Source of the DNA: Octopus vulgaris
Lineage: Eukaryota
DNA length: 64,000 nucleotides
Direction: 5' to 3'
Assembly (NCBI GenBank): GCA_951406725.2
Contig: OX597836.1
Coordinates: forward strand, 1,550,001-1,614,000
Numbering within the stretch: the first letter of the stretch is position 1; each line of letters opens with the position of its first letter. Positions 44,630-57,202 of this stretch are shown here, one piece after another. The translations under genes and the position numbers were made by a program. The notes beneath the pieces are model-generated. The model worked only from the letters and a program-made list of their open reading frames with translations. It ran no database searches and was not told where the DNA came from.

Positions 44630-46771
44630 GTATACATATATATATATATATACATAAATCCCTTCTTCTCCAGGCGGTGATGATAAATTCGCAATGAATT
44701 ATTAGGAACGATAATGATTTAGAAAATTTCAAATACCTACGAGGTATTTTGACTTTTCTAATTTGTAATAAGCAGCAGCTTATTAACCAAAGGCGAATAG
44801 ATCCATTAAAAAAGATTTCCTTCCTTCACAGTGAGAGCATCTTGTGGAGCTAGCAGGGATATCGTCGAACCCAAACTTCCATTCTAACACTTGCAAAAAA
44901 AAAAAACAAAAAAAAAACATCATGATATTTTATGACTTCATAAGAATTTATAAACTTCGAGAGAACGTGAAAGAATACCTTTTGGGATCGGTGGATTTCG
45001 AAGTAAATAAAGCTAAAAATAATGGCGAATAAGTTTTGGGTCAAAGACCTCTTTGGGTCGAAAAATCACAGCTTCTGTTCAGATGATTCCGTGTTTTTTT
45101 TTTTGTTTTTGTTGATCTAACATTTTAATCGCTAATATTTATAACGATATTTGTTTTGATTTCATGCCCTGTTCCATACGACAAAGTAGTAGATGTTATG
45201 CACAGTTAAAAGGGGAAACCAAAACAAGAATTTCATTGATGTCACACTTTGGGTCATGTCTTACCCAGGCAGAAATGTCTCGGTGTTACAATCAGAACAA
45301 CAACAGCAAAAACAGCAATATCATAATGAATTAGCACACTTATTGTTTCTGCCATTAAATATATTAATATATCGAAGTTTTATTGGAATAAACATAACTC
45401 TAAAAATCATAAATAAATATTATTTGTTTAAACAAATAATTAAGATATACAAACTAGTCTTCCGAAATCTGGAAAGTAAGGCATTAATTCATAATAAAAT
45501 CAATGTAACTTTCGAAATACTAATCGAGAAGGTTCCATGTTTTTATTTTACAGACAAGCCATAAATATTCTCGTTAAGTTAAACATTTAACTAAACTTTC
45601 ATATATTGAAATTTTGGAATAATTCAGGAGCTGTATATAGCACACACACAACCAATTCTATATAAATGTGTATAAATGTATGTGCACATGTGGATGCTTA
45701 CCTCACGACTATGCACACACATACAAACACAGCCTGTAATATATCTTCAAAATGTCTCCAGTATTTTAATAATACTTGACTATTGAGAATATACAAAGCA
45801 TGAAGTACATGAAATCAGGTACAAAACTGCTCGTTTCCCTACTGACATGGAATGAACGCTTATCCCCACTGCATGACATTATATCATTACCACTAACAAC
45901 TTAGTCATCGTTAGCATATGCGAAACCGGTCGACTTAATATATATTATATTTCATAAGAAATATTTATTTGTACTATATAGGTATAAATATAAATATATA
46001 ATATATATGCATCTCTCTCTTTCTTTCTATATATATATTGTTTAAGCACGGCTACGTGTTTTGTGTCTGTGAATATTTCTGAAATGATACTCCTAAGAAC
46101 GTTGAGTTTACAAAAATGAACCACAAGAAGAAACCATTTTAAAGGTACTCACTGTGCAGTATTTTATTTTTTGTCTGGAAAATATTATCTCAAGTTTTCT
46201 TAGTACATATTTAACTTGTATATTACATAGAGTGTATTAAAAATCGATGAATGTATATTAATATACTTTTAAAAAACTTGTTGGCTAAAATGATAACATT
46301 TATCATAATTAATTATTTAACAGAAGCGTCATGTTTTTAATAATTCATTGGCTCATATCTATAATCCATTTCATGTTAGTGTTTCGCTGTATCTTCTATA
46401 AAATGACAGCCAAACGATCTTTTTTAAATTGCAACTATACTAGACTTGTTCTCATGAAAAAGTGTGAGCCATCAGTCCTGCATTGTTTTTCAGCGGATAT
46501 CGATGATTATGCTGGTCAGTTGCTTATGAAATGTCATTTGTACAAGGTCATTAAGTACATTCTGGTGAGATTCTCAACTCCGGATCCGTGTGTAACGTAT
46601 TCCAAGATAATTTCCTTGTAAAAGTCTTTTCACTTCATATTCAAAGAACGAATTAATATGCAGCGGAGATAGAATACGTCTCTAAACAGGTCCAGACTTA
46701 AGCTGAAGCAGTGTTACGACAGTTCCATCCACTCAGACTCACAACACGTTTCTCACAACTGCGTTTGTAAA

Positions 46772-46866
<95 letters not shown>

Positions 46867-46969
46867 GTGTCTATCTATCTCTCTCTCTCTCAATCTCTCT
46901 CTCTATCTCTCTCTCAATCTCTCTCTCTCTCTCTCTCAATCTCTCTCTCTCTCTATCTCTCTCTGTGTA

Positions 46970-47018
<49 letters not shown>

Positions 47019-47180
47019 GTCTGTCTGTCTGTCTGTCAGTCTGTCTGTCTGTCTGTCTATCTATCTATTCATCTATCTATCTATATAACACCAACAACAA
47101 AGTATATATATACATATATAAATATACATACATATATACTTACATATATATATATATACATACATACATATGTATACGAG

Positions 47181-47350
47181 TACATAAGTGTAAAACAGGG
47201 TGGGAAAATGGTACTCAAATACCAAATGTAGAATAATATGCTTTTACTAAAGTAGCCAAATTATCACAAACCTATTTCACTTCCTGTTCGTCAGACAGTC
47301 ATGATGTAAAAGGAATTAAAATTGTGATGTTACGTGGAATATAGTGTCAT
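47181..47350 (-). mobile_element. Penelope-like pLTR remnant with hammerhead relic (same family as 15001-15180)
   Basis: Minus strand ctgt-CTGACGA-acaggaagt-GAAA, then ggtttgtgataatttggctactttagtaaaagcatattattctac...ggtatttgagtac, colinear with 15075-15170. Confidence 0.65.
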
Positions 47351-47739
47351 ATACGTAGGTATGTATATGTGTATATGTATATATATATATGTATATATTT
47401 CGTTAAATATAATGTCATATGTGTGTGGTATATATAAGTATATATATAATTATATATATATATATTCATATACATACACACAGATGTATATATAAAAATA
47501 AACGCATAAATACATACATACATACATACATACATACATACACACACATGCACACAAGCACACGCATACATATATCTATATTTGTATCCATATGTATGCA
47601 CACACAGATGTCTATCTGAATAACTTAAATGAGAATACAGAAGTGACTTACGGGCCTAGTGTCAATTAAGTACCTTCACAGCTCATAATAATAATAATAA
47701 TGATAATAATAATAATAATAATGATCGAATTGTTTTCTA

Positions 47740-47787
<48 letters not shown>

Positions 47788-48423
47788 CATATGGAAAGGC
47801 TTCGAGTAATATACATTTCCACATAGGTATATATGTGTGTATGCACGTATGCATTCGTCTATCTTTTTTTCTAATGTGTGTTTGTGTGCGCGTGTGCTTT
47901 TGCTGCTGCTTGTGTGAAAGAGTGTAGACGCGTGTAAATGTGTGAGATGTGATTGTGCATATGTGTGTTTGTGGAACCGTCTGTATTCTATTCAATGTAC
48001 GTCTGAAAATCTGTTAAATGCCAGGCCATACTCTTCGGCTCCCAATTGTCCAAAGACTTTGTTATCTTCAAGATCTTGTTCGTTTACTCGGCTTCTGGCA
48101 ACATCGTAGGAGAGAGCACGGAAAGAAAAGAAGGACTTTTGTTTATTTTCTTTATTTTATAATGTCTGTAATGACATCATATCTAATCAATCACACACAC
48201 ACACACACGCGCACACACATGCACACACATGCATACACACACACACACACACACACGCACATACGTTTCTGTATATATGTGACCTTGTATGAATACAAGA
48301 GAGGTATATATGTGAACAACTATATATGTATTTATGTATATATACATATGTGCGTGTTTGTGTGTGTGTGCATACATAAACACACGGACATACACATATA
48401 GATGTAAATATGTGCATGTACAA

Positions 48424-48478
<55 letters not shown>

Positions 48479-48943
48479 CACACACACACACATATATATA
48501 TATACATATATATAAGCATGCTGTATACATACACACATTCGTACATGAAGGCACGCACACACACATATACATACCTTCATTCATAGATACTCACATATGT
48601 ATTTTTGTAAACAAACATATGTGTGTTGATATATCTATGCGCGTGCTTGGGTGCTATATTATTGTAGTAAGCTTAAGGCCGTTTTATATGCTGATGTTTA
48701 AAAAGTCAAACATCACAGGGAGTCACACGGAATCATTTTCTCTAACCCCAACAACATTTTGATTGATATGAGCCTCATTTTAAAGAAGCAAAAACCAGCG
48801 TACACAAAATTACATCAGTCGACCTCAAAGGGAATCCTTCCATCCGTGGAGGAACAGCGTATGGCGATGACCTACATGTAACAATGAGTAGCAGAGAACA
48901 TCAAGTATGACGTGAGATACGAGATGTTTCCTCAGCCTAAAAT

Positions 48944-49149
48944 ATTATTTTCTATTCTAGGTACAAGGACAGAAATTTCTGTGGAGGGGCCAGTCGATTA
49001 TATCGACCCCAGTAGGCAACTGGTTCTTAATCTATCAATCACGAATTGATGAAAGCAAGGATGACCTCGGTGAAATTTGAAATCAGAACACAAAGACAGA
49101 CGAAATACTGCTAAGCATTTCGTCCGGTTTCTGCCAGCTCGTCGCCTCG
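48944..49149 (-). mobile_element. SINE family B with 12-bp TSD
   Basis: Family B sequence; direct repeat tcagcctaaaat at 48932-48943 and 49150-49161. Confidence 0.9.
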
Positions 49150-49518
49150 TCAGCCTAAAATTTAGGCTCGCATTTAAATATTGTGCCTATCAGTACCAAC
49201 CGTGCAATCTATAGATGCATGTACGTCTGCATTTGTTTTACGTTCACCTTTGTGTGTTTATTTACGTAGATGTATACAATGTGTATGTGCATCCATCTCG
49301 TACATATATACACAGAGTGCTCCGGGTGAGATCGACAGTTTGCAAAAAAGAAAAATGAAACACCATATTACGTTTATATATTTGTTTTGCAAGTTTCCAG
49401 ATATGAAATCGTGAGTGGAGACACGTGTGATGCAGAATCACTAAAGATGTCACAAGATGTGAGACGAAAGATTTCAGTCATAAGATACTAAAATAATAGA
49501 AATAAAAATAATGATAGA

Positions 49519-49632
<114 letters not shown>

Positions 49633-49965
49633 TATAACAACAACAACAATAATGATAATAATAATTACGATAATAATAATAATGATCATAATGGTATATA
49701 TATATGTATATATATATCATTGTATTTGCGTGTATATTTGTATATATATATATAATTATATAAATACACGCACATATATGTATATATATCTGGAGAATGT
49801 GTTAAATTAAATTGAATACATAGTATATTATACATCAAGCAGCCAATACAACGAACATGTAAATTCTTAAATTAATTAAACGGATATGTCTTCAGCTAAA
49901 TTTCCCTCTCCCTATCACTTTCTGCTACAGATCCCTTCCCATTGCTTTGTGTAATAGATGCCACC

Positions 49966-50010
<45 letters not shown>

Positions 50011-50014
<4 letters not shown>

Positions 50015-50799
50015 TAGCCAGAAGAATTTGTACTATTGTAGAAGATGCAAATATCAGGAACAAACGCCTAATAGAACTAAGAGAATTTTTGCTCAAACAA
50101 AAATACCCATCTCTACTTATAGAAAATGGCATACAGCGGGCTATAAAAATACCTATACAACAACTTAGGACAACCCAAGGAAGAGGAAAACAAGAACAAG
50201 TCATACCATTCATAGTGACCCACAACCCATGTCACCAGAATATCTTCAACATTGCCAAAGCAAACCTTCCAATCATTGCCCAAAGTAATGAATTAAAAGA
50301 CATAATCAAGGATCGAGCTATGGTGCTTAGTAAAAGACAGCCTAAAAACTTGAAAACATTACTAACAAAGGCAAAATTTGACCTCAGCAACAAAGACCAA
50401 ACATTCACGGTATCTAAATGCAATGATAGCCGATGTGGCACATGCCAATTCATACATACCGGTCAATATATAAACACAAAAACCGGGAAAATATTCACAA
50501 ACGCGAATATGAACTGCAAAAGCAGAAATTTAATTTACTGCATCAAATGCCCAAATTGTGAAGAAATATATGTAGGTCAGACGGGAAACGCACTATTAGA
50601 ACGCTCACGTGTACACCGGCAACAGATTAGAGACCCAGAGGTCCGTCAGATACCTTTGAGTAACCACCTAGCAACATGTGGTCGGAAAATATATATAATA
50701 TTTCCATTCTACAAATTACACAGCCCAAGTGAAATCGAGAGGAAAATCAGAGAAAAGAATTTTATTGATAAATTCGAACCCAAGCTAAATAAGCAATAA
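50011..50799 (+). pseudogene. C-terminal 262 codons of a Penelope-like polyprotein (RT thumb, Cys linker, GIY-YIG endonuclease); open frame, native N-terminus lost
   Basis: LARRICTI...QKYP (thumb); IPFIVTHNP; RQPKNLKTLL; CNDSRCGTC linker; CKSRNLIYCIKCPNCEEIYVGQT...ERSRVH...H..C...ERKIRE...PKLN. Confidence 0.9.
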
Positions 50800-51116
50800 T
50801 AATAATACTTAGAGATATTACTTCCACTGCTACGACCATGACCACTAACAACAACAACAATACTAAAGGTGATCAAGACGAAGATAGCAGGAAAATTATC
50901 TTATTTAGGGTTAAAAGTTATATTGCCACCACCATCACCACTAGCAACAATAATTAAGGTGCTGACAATGATGATGATGACAATTGAAATATAAAAATAT
51001 AAAAATCTCTGACAAAGGATATTTACAACATTTCTAAAAATAACCCAACAATTGCTGCTTCGGCCAGGGTCAAGATACAGGACTCTTGACCTGTCCAACA
51101 AAGCGTGATGCCTAAA

Positions 51117-51232
51117 CCAATCAGCTCAACCAACCAATCAGCTTAAGTAATTGAGTGATACTACACACTGATTGGTCAGAATACAGTTTGCAAAACCTAG
51201 CACTCTGGAGCCTACCCAGCTGTATTTATAGC
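51117..51232 (+). promoter_or_regulatory. Putative pLTR promoter
   Basis: ccaatcag twice (51117, ~51134), reverse ctgattgg (~51168) and TATA-like tatttatag (~51223) upstream of the hammerhead. Confidence 0.45.
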
Positions 51233-51293
51233 ACAGAATCACTCATCTTGCTACAGTCAAAAATTGTGAAGCATGACTGTCAACACTACTACA

Positions 51294-51338
51294 TGAACCC
51301 GAAGATTGCAGAATTCAATGCATGAAAGTACTAGTTCA
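51294..51338 (+). ncRNA. Minimal type I hammerhead ribozyme in the Penelope pLTR
   Basis: Stem I TGAAC/GTTCA; core CCGAAGA (U4 changed to C); stem II TGCA/TGCA; GAAA; palindromic stem III AGTACT; CUA triplet. Confidence 0.8.
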
Positions 51339-51468
51339 ATCAGAATGAATATTTAACATTCTACTATTTCATTTTATTTTACTCAATTATAATATATTAT
51401 CTTATAATATATCATTATAAGATTGTAAATAAAACGTGAAAATCAGACAAGGTTGGAATTCTTTTTTA

Positions 51469-51510
<42 letters not shown>

Positions 51511-51608
51511 TGTATATATACATACATATATATATGTATATATGTATATACAAACATGTATATATATATGTATGTGTATCTAACTATTTATATATGTAAG
51601 TATATTTA

Positions 51609-51653
<45 letters not shown>

Positions 51654-51889
51654 GCGTATAAATATCTATATGCTTATACATGTACATACACACACACACA
51701 CACACATATATATACAGGTATATGTATGACGTTCGACTTAGTATTTAACAATGTTTCGCGGAAATGTGGACAGATGAAGACGCGAAAGAGATGGAGATAG
51801 AGATTAGCTGGAAAGAGTATTATGTTCGAAAAAGAAGTTGGATTCAGCTTCGGGAATCACTTTCGAAAACAGACGCGTACACACATACG

Positions 51890-51989
<100 letters not shown>

Positions 51990-52124
51990 ATATGTACGTA
52001 TATGTATATAATATATACACACACATATATACATATATATACATATATATTTGCATGTCTATATATATATGCTTATATACATATATTTACATATGTATAT
52101 ATATGCATATGTATATATATAAAT

Positions 52125-52156
<32 letters not shown>

Positions 52157-52318
52157 GTATATATATATGTGTGTATGTGTGTCTGTGTATGTGTATATAT
52201 ATATATATATATATATAGGTATACGCCGGTATGTGCATCAGCGTTCGCGTGTGTGTAAGTATATTTGTATGTAGTCAGTGCAAGTACACCAACAGGCAAT
52301 GGTACTTGTGTGAGGAGT

Positions 52319-52355
<37 letters not shown>

Positions 52356-52712
52356 GAGAGAGAGAGAGGATGAGAGAGAGAGAGCGAGTGAGAGAGTGTG
52401 AGGTAGTGAGAGCGATGGTGTGTCAGACGCGGCCATATTTCTCGCTAAGTTATAGATAAGGATCAATAGAATAAAGCGTTGAACTCTAGACCTTATCGTA
52501 TTCGACGATATATCATAGTTTAGCTTTCCACATCCTGATACGTTAATTTCGTTTCATCGCTTCAACACGCTTTCAGTCTGTTTACTTACGTTGGTATTCT
52601 TATATTTTTCACTTGCCTTATATTTTGTATATATATACCATTGTCTTGGTTCACTTATGAACGTATCGATATTATGTGGCTGTGCGTTTGTGTGTGCGTC
52701 TGTGCGTGTGTA

Positions 52713-52748
<36 letters not shown>

Positions 52749-52767
52749 CAAGCACGCAATCACACAC

Positions 52768-52798
<31 letters not shown>

Positions 52799-52927
52799 TG
52801 TATATGCCTATATCTGGATATCTTACGAAATATCGTGATGATGGCGCTAATGTGGCTATTACGTCATACAAATGTAATGATGGTGATGATAATGATGATG
52901 ATGATGAGAATGATGATGATGATGAGA

Positions 52928-52973
<46 letters not shown>

Positions 52974-53214
52974 CGATGTGATGATGATGATGATGATGAT
53001 GATAATGATAATGGCGATGATCACATCGATGTTGATAATAATATCTACTGCCTCAACAATGGCCACTAAACCAACACCAATATCATCAATACGAAGAACA
53101 AAATCACTAATAATTGTATCGATTACATTTGGGAACAAGGAAATCACGTGATCGAGAGAGGAAAATGTGAATCTCTTGAAGTATTTCTTCTTATTATTAT
53201 TATAATTGCGTCGT

Positions 53215-53370
53215 TAAGTTCTCAATTCAAATTCCACCGAGGCTAACGTTGTCTTTCATCATTCGGGATCGATAAATAAAGTACCAGTGAAACTTTGGAG
53301 GTCATGTAATCGACTGAACCCCTCCCCACAAAATTTTAGGCCTTGTGCCTAACGTAGAAATAATTATTAT
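53215..53370 (+). mobile_element. SINE family B, 5' truncated
   Basis: ttcaaattccaccgagg...ctttcatcattcgggatcgataaataaagtaccag...taggccttgtgcctaacgtagaaa. Confidence 0.8.
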
Positions 53371-53373
53371 TAC

Positions 53374-53830
<457 letters not shown>

Positions 53831-54176
53831 GATTTTAGTCGAAGAAATCGACTCCAGTAGTTATGCTTTGTAAGTCTAGTAAATACTCTATCGGTATCTC
53901 TTGCCGAACCATCCCGTTAAGGGGACATAAACACACCAACATCGATTGTTTAAGCGATGGCGATGGTACAAATACACACATACACACACACAAATATAAT
54001 AATTTATATATATACGACAGGCTGCTTTCAGTTTCCGTCTACCAATTCTACTCACAAGGCTCTGGTCGGCCCGAGGCTATAGAAGAAGACACTTGCCCAA
54101 GGTGCCATGCAGCGAGATTGTACCCGGAACCATGTGGTTTGCAAAGAATTCTGTTACCACACAGCCACCCATGGGT
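53831..54176 (-). mobile_element. SINE family C
   Basis: cataaacacaccaacatcg...tacgacaggctgctttcagtttccgtctacc...ggtcggcccgaggctatagaagaagacacttgcccaaggtgcc...ttaccacacagccac. Confidence 0.9.
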
Positions 54177-54180
54177 GTAT

Positions 54181-54251
54181 CATCATCATCATCGTTTAGC
54201 GTCCGTTTTCCATGCTAGCATGGGTTGGACGGTTCTACTGTCCAACCCATG

Positions 54252-54254
<3 letters not shown>
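54181..54254 (-). mobile_element. LINE (probably RTE-like) extreme 3' end with (GAT)n tail and snap-back duplication
   Basis: Minus strand ccaacccatgctagcatggaaaacggacgctaaacgatgatgatg; 17-bp inverted copy at 54216-54254; clade assignment is from recall. Confidence 0.55.
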
Positions 54255-54286
<32 letters not shown>

Positions 54287-54540
54287 AAAATTCATAAAAC
54301 GAGATTTTTATATTATACTATTACATAAACTACTATATAGATAGTTGCGTAAATACCTATGGTAGCCGATAACCTTAGAGGGGCCTTTAAATGCATGTTA
54401 TGGGGTTATTACCGAGATGATACGAATGTATGCATGGATATATTTATAAAGCCTCAATTTATCGTAGAAATAATTCTAACTGTAATTGTTTTATAAAAAG
54501 AATTTGCAATTTCAGTGATTGGCTTCATTTTATCAAGTTT

Positions 54541-54790
54541 AGTGAGTGGATTTGGCTGGCGGAAACTGAAAGAAGCCCGTCTTATTATATATATATATAT
54601 GTGTGTGTGTGTGTCCGTTCCCACCACCGTCGTTAGAAAACCGATGTTGGTGTGTTTATGTCCCTGAAAGTTAGCCGTTCGCCAGACCGATAAAATAATT
54701 ACTAGGTTTGCTGGGTCGATTTGTTCGATTAAAAGCAGTGCTCCAGCATGGCTGCTGTGAAATGACTGAAACGAATAAAATAAAAAAATA
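54541..54790 (+). mobile_element. SINE family C, 5' truncated
   Basis: gtgagtggatttgg...cggaaactgaaagaagcccgtc...ccgatgttggtgtgtttatg...gtgctccagcatggc...atgactgaaac. Confidence 0.85.
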
Positions 54791-54832
54791 AAATAGGAGT
54801 GTATTGTAGTTCGCTTGAAGCATTGTGTGTTG

Positions 54833-55074
54833 TTTGTAAAGATTAAAAACATTTGAATGGTAAAACAATGCACTATAATACAAACAACGGGATATATACC
54901 TGTTGGAATTTAATCATCCATAGTCTAAGCAGCTCCATCTAAGAATATCTGAAGATCGAATTTTATTCCGAAATATTCTAACACTATGGATGACAAAATT
55001 CCAGCAGGTATATAGCCCAATTTTTGTATTCTAGTGCATTGTTGTACCATTCAAAACTTTTTATTCTTTACAAA
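54833..55074. repeat. Fold-back palindrome with 92-bp arms and a hammerhead-like core in the loop
   Basis: 54833-54924 vs 54983-55074: 12 mismatches by hand alignment, no gaps; loop contains CTGAAGA (54949-55)...GAAT/ATTC...GAAA (54970-73). Confidence 0.85.
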
Positions 55075-56825
55075 GAATAAAATATTTTTCAGCATCGTAT
55101 ATAGAATTAACAACTAATACTTTCAAAACAAAATTTTATCTGCATACGTACACATTAGAAGAAGAACAAACAGCAAATACTTTGCTTTCAGGTTTGGCTT
55201 TTGATGTCGAAATCGTAATCTTGTTTGAATTTGCCATAAAAGACCACATCATACTCATACCGCTGAGCCCCACGAAATTCCAACAATTAATTAACCAACA
55301 CACGTTTAGATCTTGTCTCCTCATTTATCATTTCGTGTGTTAAACCTTTCAAACAATTTATGATTAATAATAAGAAAGATGTCTAGTTATATCTTCAAGC
55401 ATCCTATTATTTGACAGATAAATTAAATGTTACGCATGTTTATGTTTACCAATTTGTTCAGCCAACAATTTATCTACACTTACGACGTATCATTAGAGGA
55501 ACTATATTTTGCATTCTTCCTTTTACAACATCATAAATGTCCAACCACTTCTAAACTCAACCCCCAGACACAAACAAATAAATTTCATACATTACGTGTC
55601 CAAATTACGACTGTCTACTCCAACTATATATTCACTAAACTGTGTTTTATTCGCTGCTCGTTCTATCTTATGTAACACACACTGTTGTTTTATTCAGTGG
55701 TGTGTTTTTCATTATAGAAAGCCATTGCCTCAGAATACAATACGTTGCTACCTGAAATAATGAGTACATTACATAATATAAATGCCTGAAACGTAATAAC
55801 AATGTGTAACGGAGAATTCTCTATGAAGATGCGGAATTTCTTTTAGTATGATTTTATTTTCAGAGATTTAACTCTAAGTGTTTAATTTAACGTGCTTTTC
55901 TTATCTCTTCAATATGTTTTCAATTACACGTCTTAGTAAATCATTTTCTTCATCTCTGAATGTAATTAGACATAGAAAAACACACACACATACACACACA
56001 CACATACACACACACACGCACTCACGCACTAACACGGGCACACGCGCGAGCAAATGTAGAAACAGAGAAGCACACGGTTCACAAGCTTAGAAACGCAAGC
56101 GTCCACATGAATCTAATTGTAAATATAATTCATACACTGCACACACATACAAAAACGCAAACACGGACGTAGACGGACAAACGCAGAAAAACGCAGAGAC
56201 ACACACATATACATTTATATATACGTGTGTGTGTGTGTATATGTGTGTATGCATGTGTGCTCTTATCTCGATTAAGATATGTGATTCTTCAGCTCTCTGT
56301 GCTACTTAGCTTCCCTCGCTTTACATTCTTTATTTCGTTTAGCTACATTCCTTACAAATTAACTGTTCAAAATATCATGAATCAAGACTTAAACGTATAA
56401 ATGTACACATACATACACACACACAAACGTACAAGCAAATGATATATATATATATATATGATATATATATATATATATATATAGACGTACACACACATAC
56501 ACCGCATTTTCTGTAGAAGATACGCCACAGAGATGACTATATACATATTGTGGTGTCAGCTAAAAAGCTTTTCTCCTCCTAGTCAGAGATACTCCTTTGT
56601 GCGTATATTACGAACGACTACAAATATCTCCAGGAGAGAAATTCGTATTCATACAAGCGTCCACTCACGTGCATGCGCACACGCACACGAGAACACACAC
56701 ACACACACTTATATGTATATGTGTATTGACAAAGGTGGATATTTACATGCGTGCACTGTAGTCATGTCATTACAGACCTGCTGTCGGTGATTATGTTTTA
56801 CCTTCTTTGGACTTCTCCCTTTTTC

Positions 56826-56862
56826 CTTTCCGACGATGTCCTATGCTCGAAACGTCAAAAAG
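56826..56862 (+). ncRNA. Degenerate minimal hammerhead-like motif
   Basis: cttt-CCGACGA-tgtcctatgctc-GAAACGTC-aaaaag; ACGT stem III, GUC triplet. Confidence 0.5.
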
Positions 56863-56915
56863 TCTTCCCCTTTACTGTGCATCGTTCACTTTAATGTTCA
56901 TTGATTTAATTTGAC

Positions 56916-56952
<37 letters not shown>

Positions 56953-56955
<3 letters not shown>

Positions 56956-57068
56956 GGAGTGGCTGTGTGGTAAGTAGCTTGCTTCCCAACCACATGGTTC
57001 CGGATTCAGTCCCACTGTGTGATACCTTGGGCAAGTGTCTTTTACCATAGCCTCGGCCCTACCAAAGT
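56953..57068 (+). mobile_element. SINE family C, 5' head
   Basis: A-box-like TGGCTGTGTGG, B-box-like ggattcagtccc, then accttgggcaagtgtc. Confidence 0.85.
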
Positions 57069-57159
57069 ATTAATAATATATTTATTAATAATATATACAT
57101 ATATATTATAATATATTATAATTACATATAGATTTATAATATGTGTTTTTATGTATAAA

Positions 57160-57202
<43 letters not shown>

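Larger units (their letters stand above)
50011..51471 (+). mobile_element. 5'-truncated Penelope-like element (Neptune type) inserted in (TA)n
   Basis: GIY-YIG frame followed by a pseudo-LTR with CCAAT/TATA-like motifs, a hammerhead and AATAAA; (TA)n on both sides. Confidence 0.9.

Noticed and set aside
49942-50010. N-terminal extension of the GIY-YIG ORF
   Set aside because: Non-ATG start reading through (TA)n; not part of the element
52276-52312. Short hairpin gcaagtac...gtacttgt as a pre-miRNA
   Set aside because: Stem too short and no recognised mature miRNA
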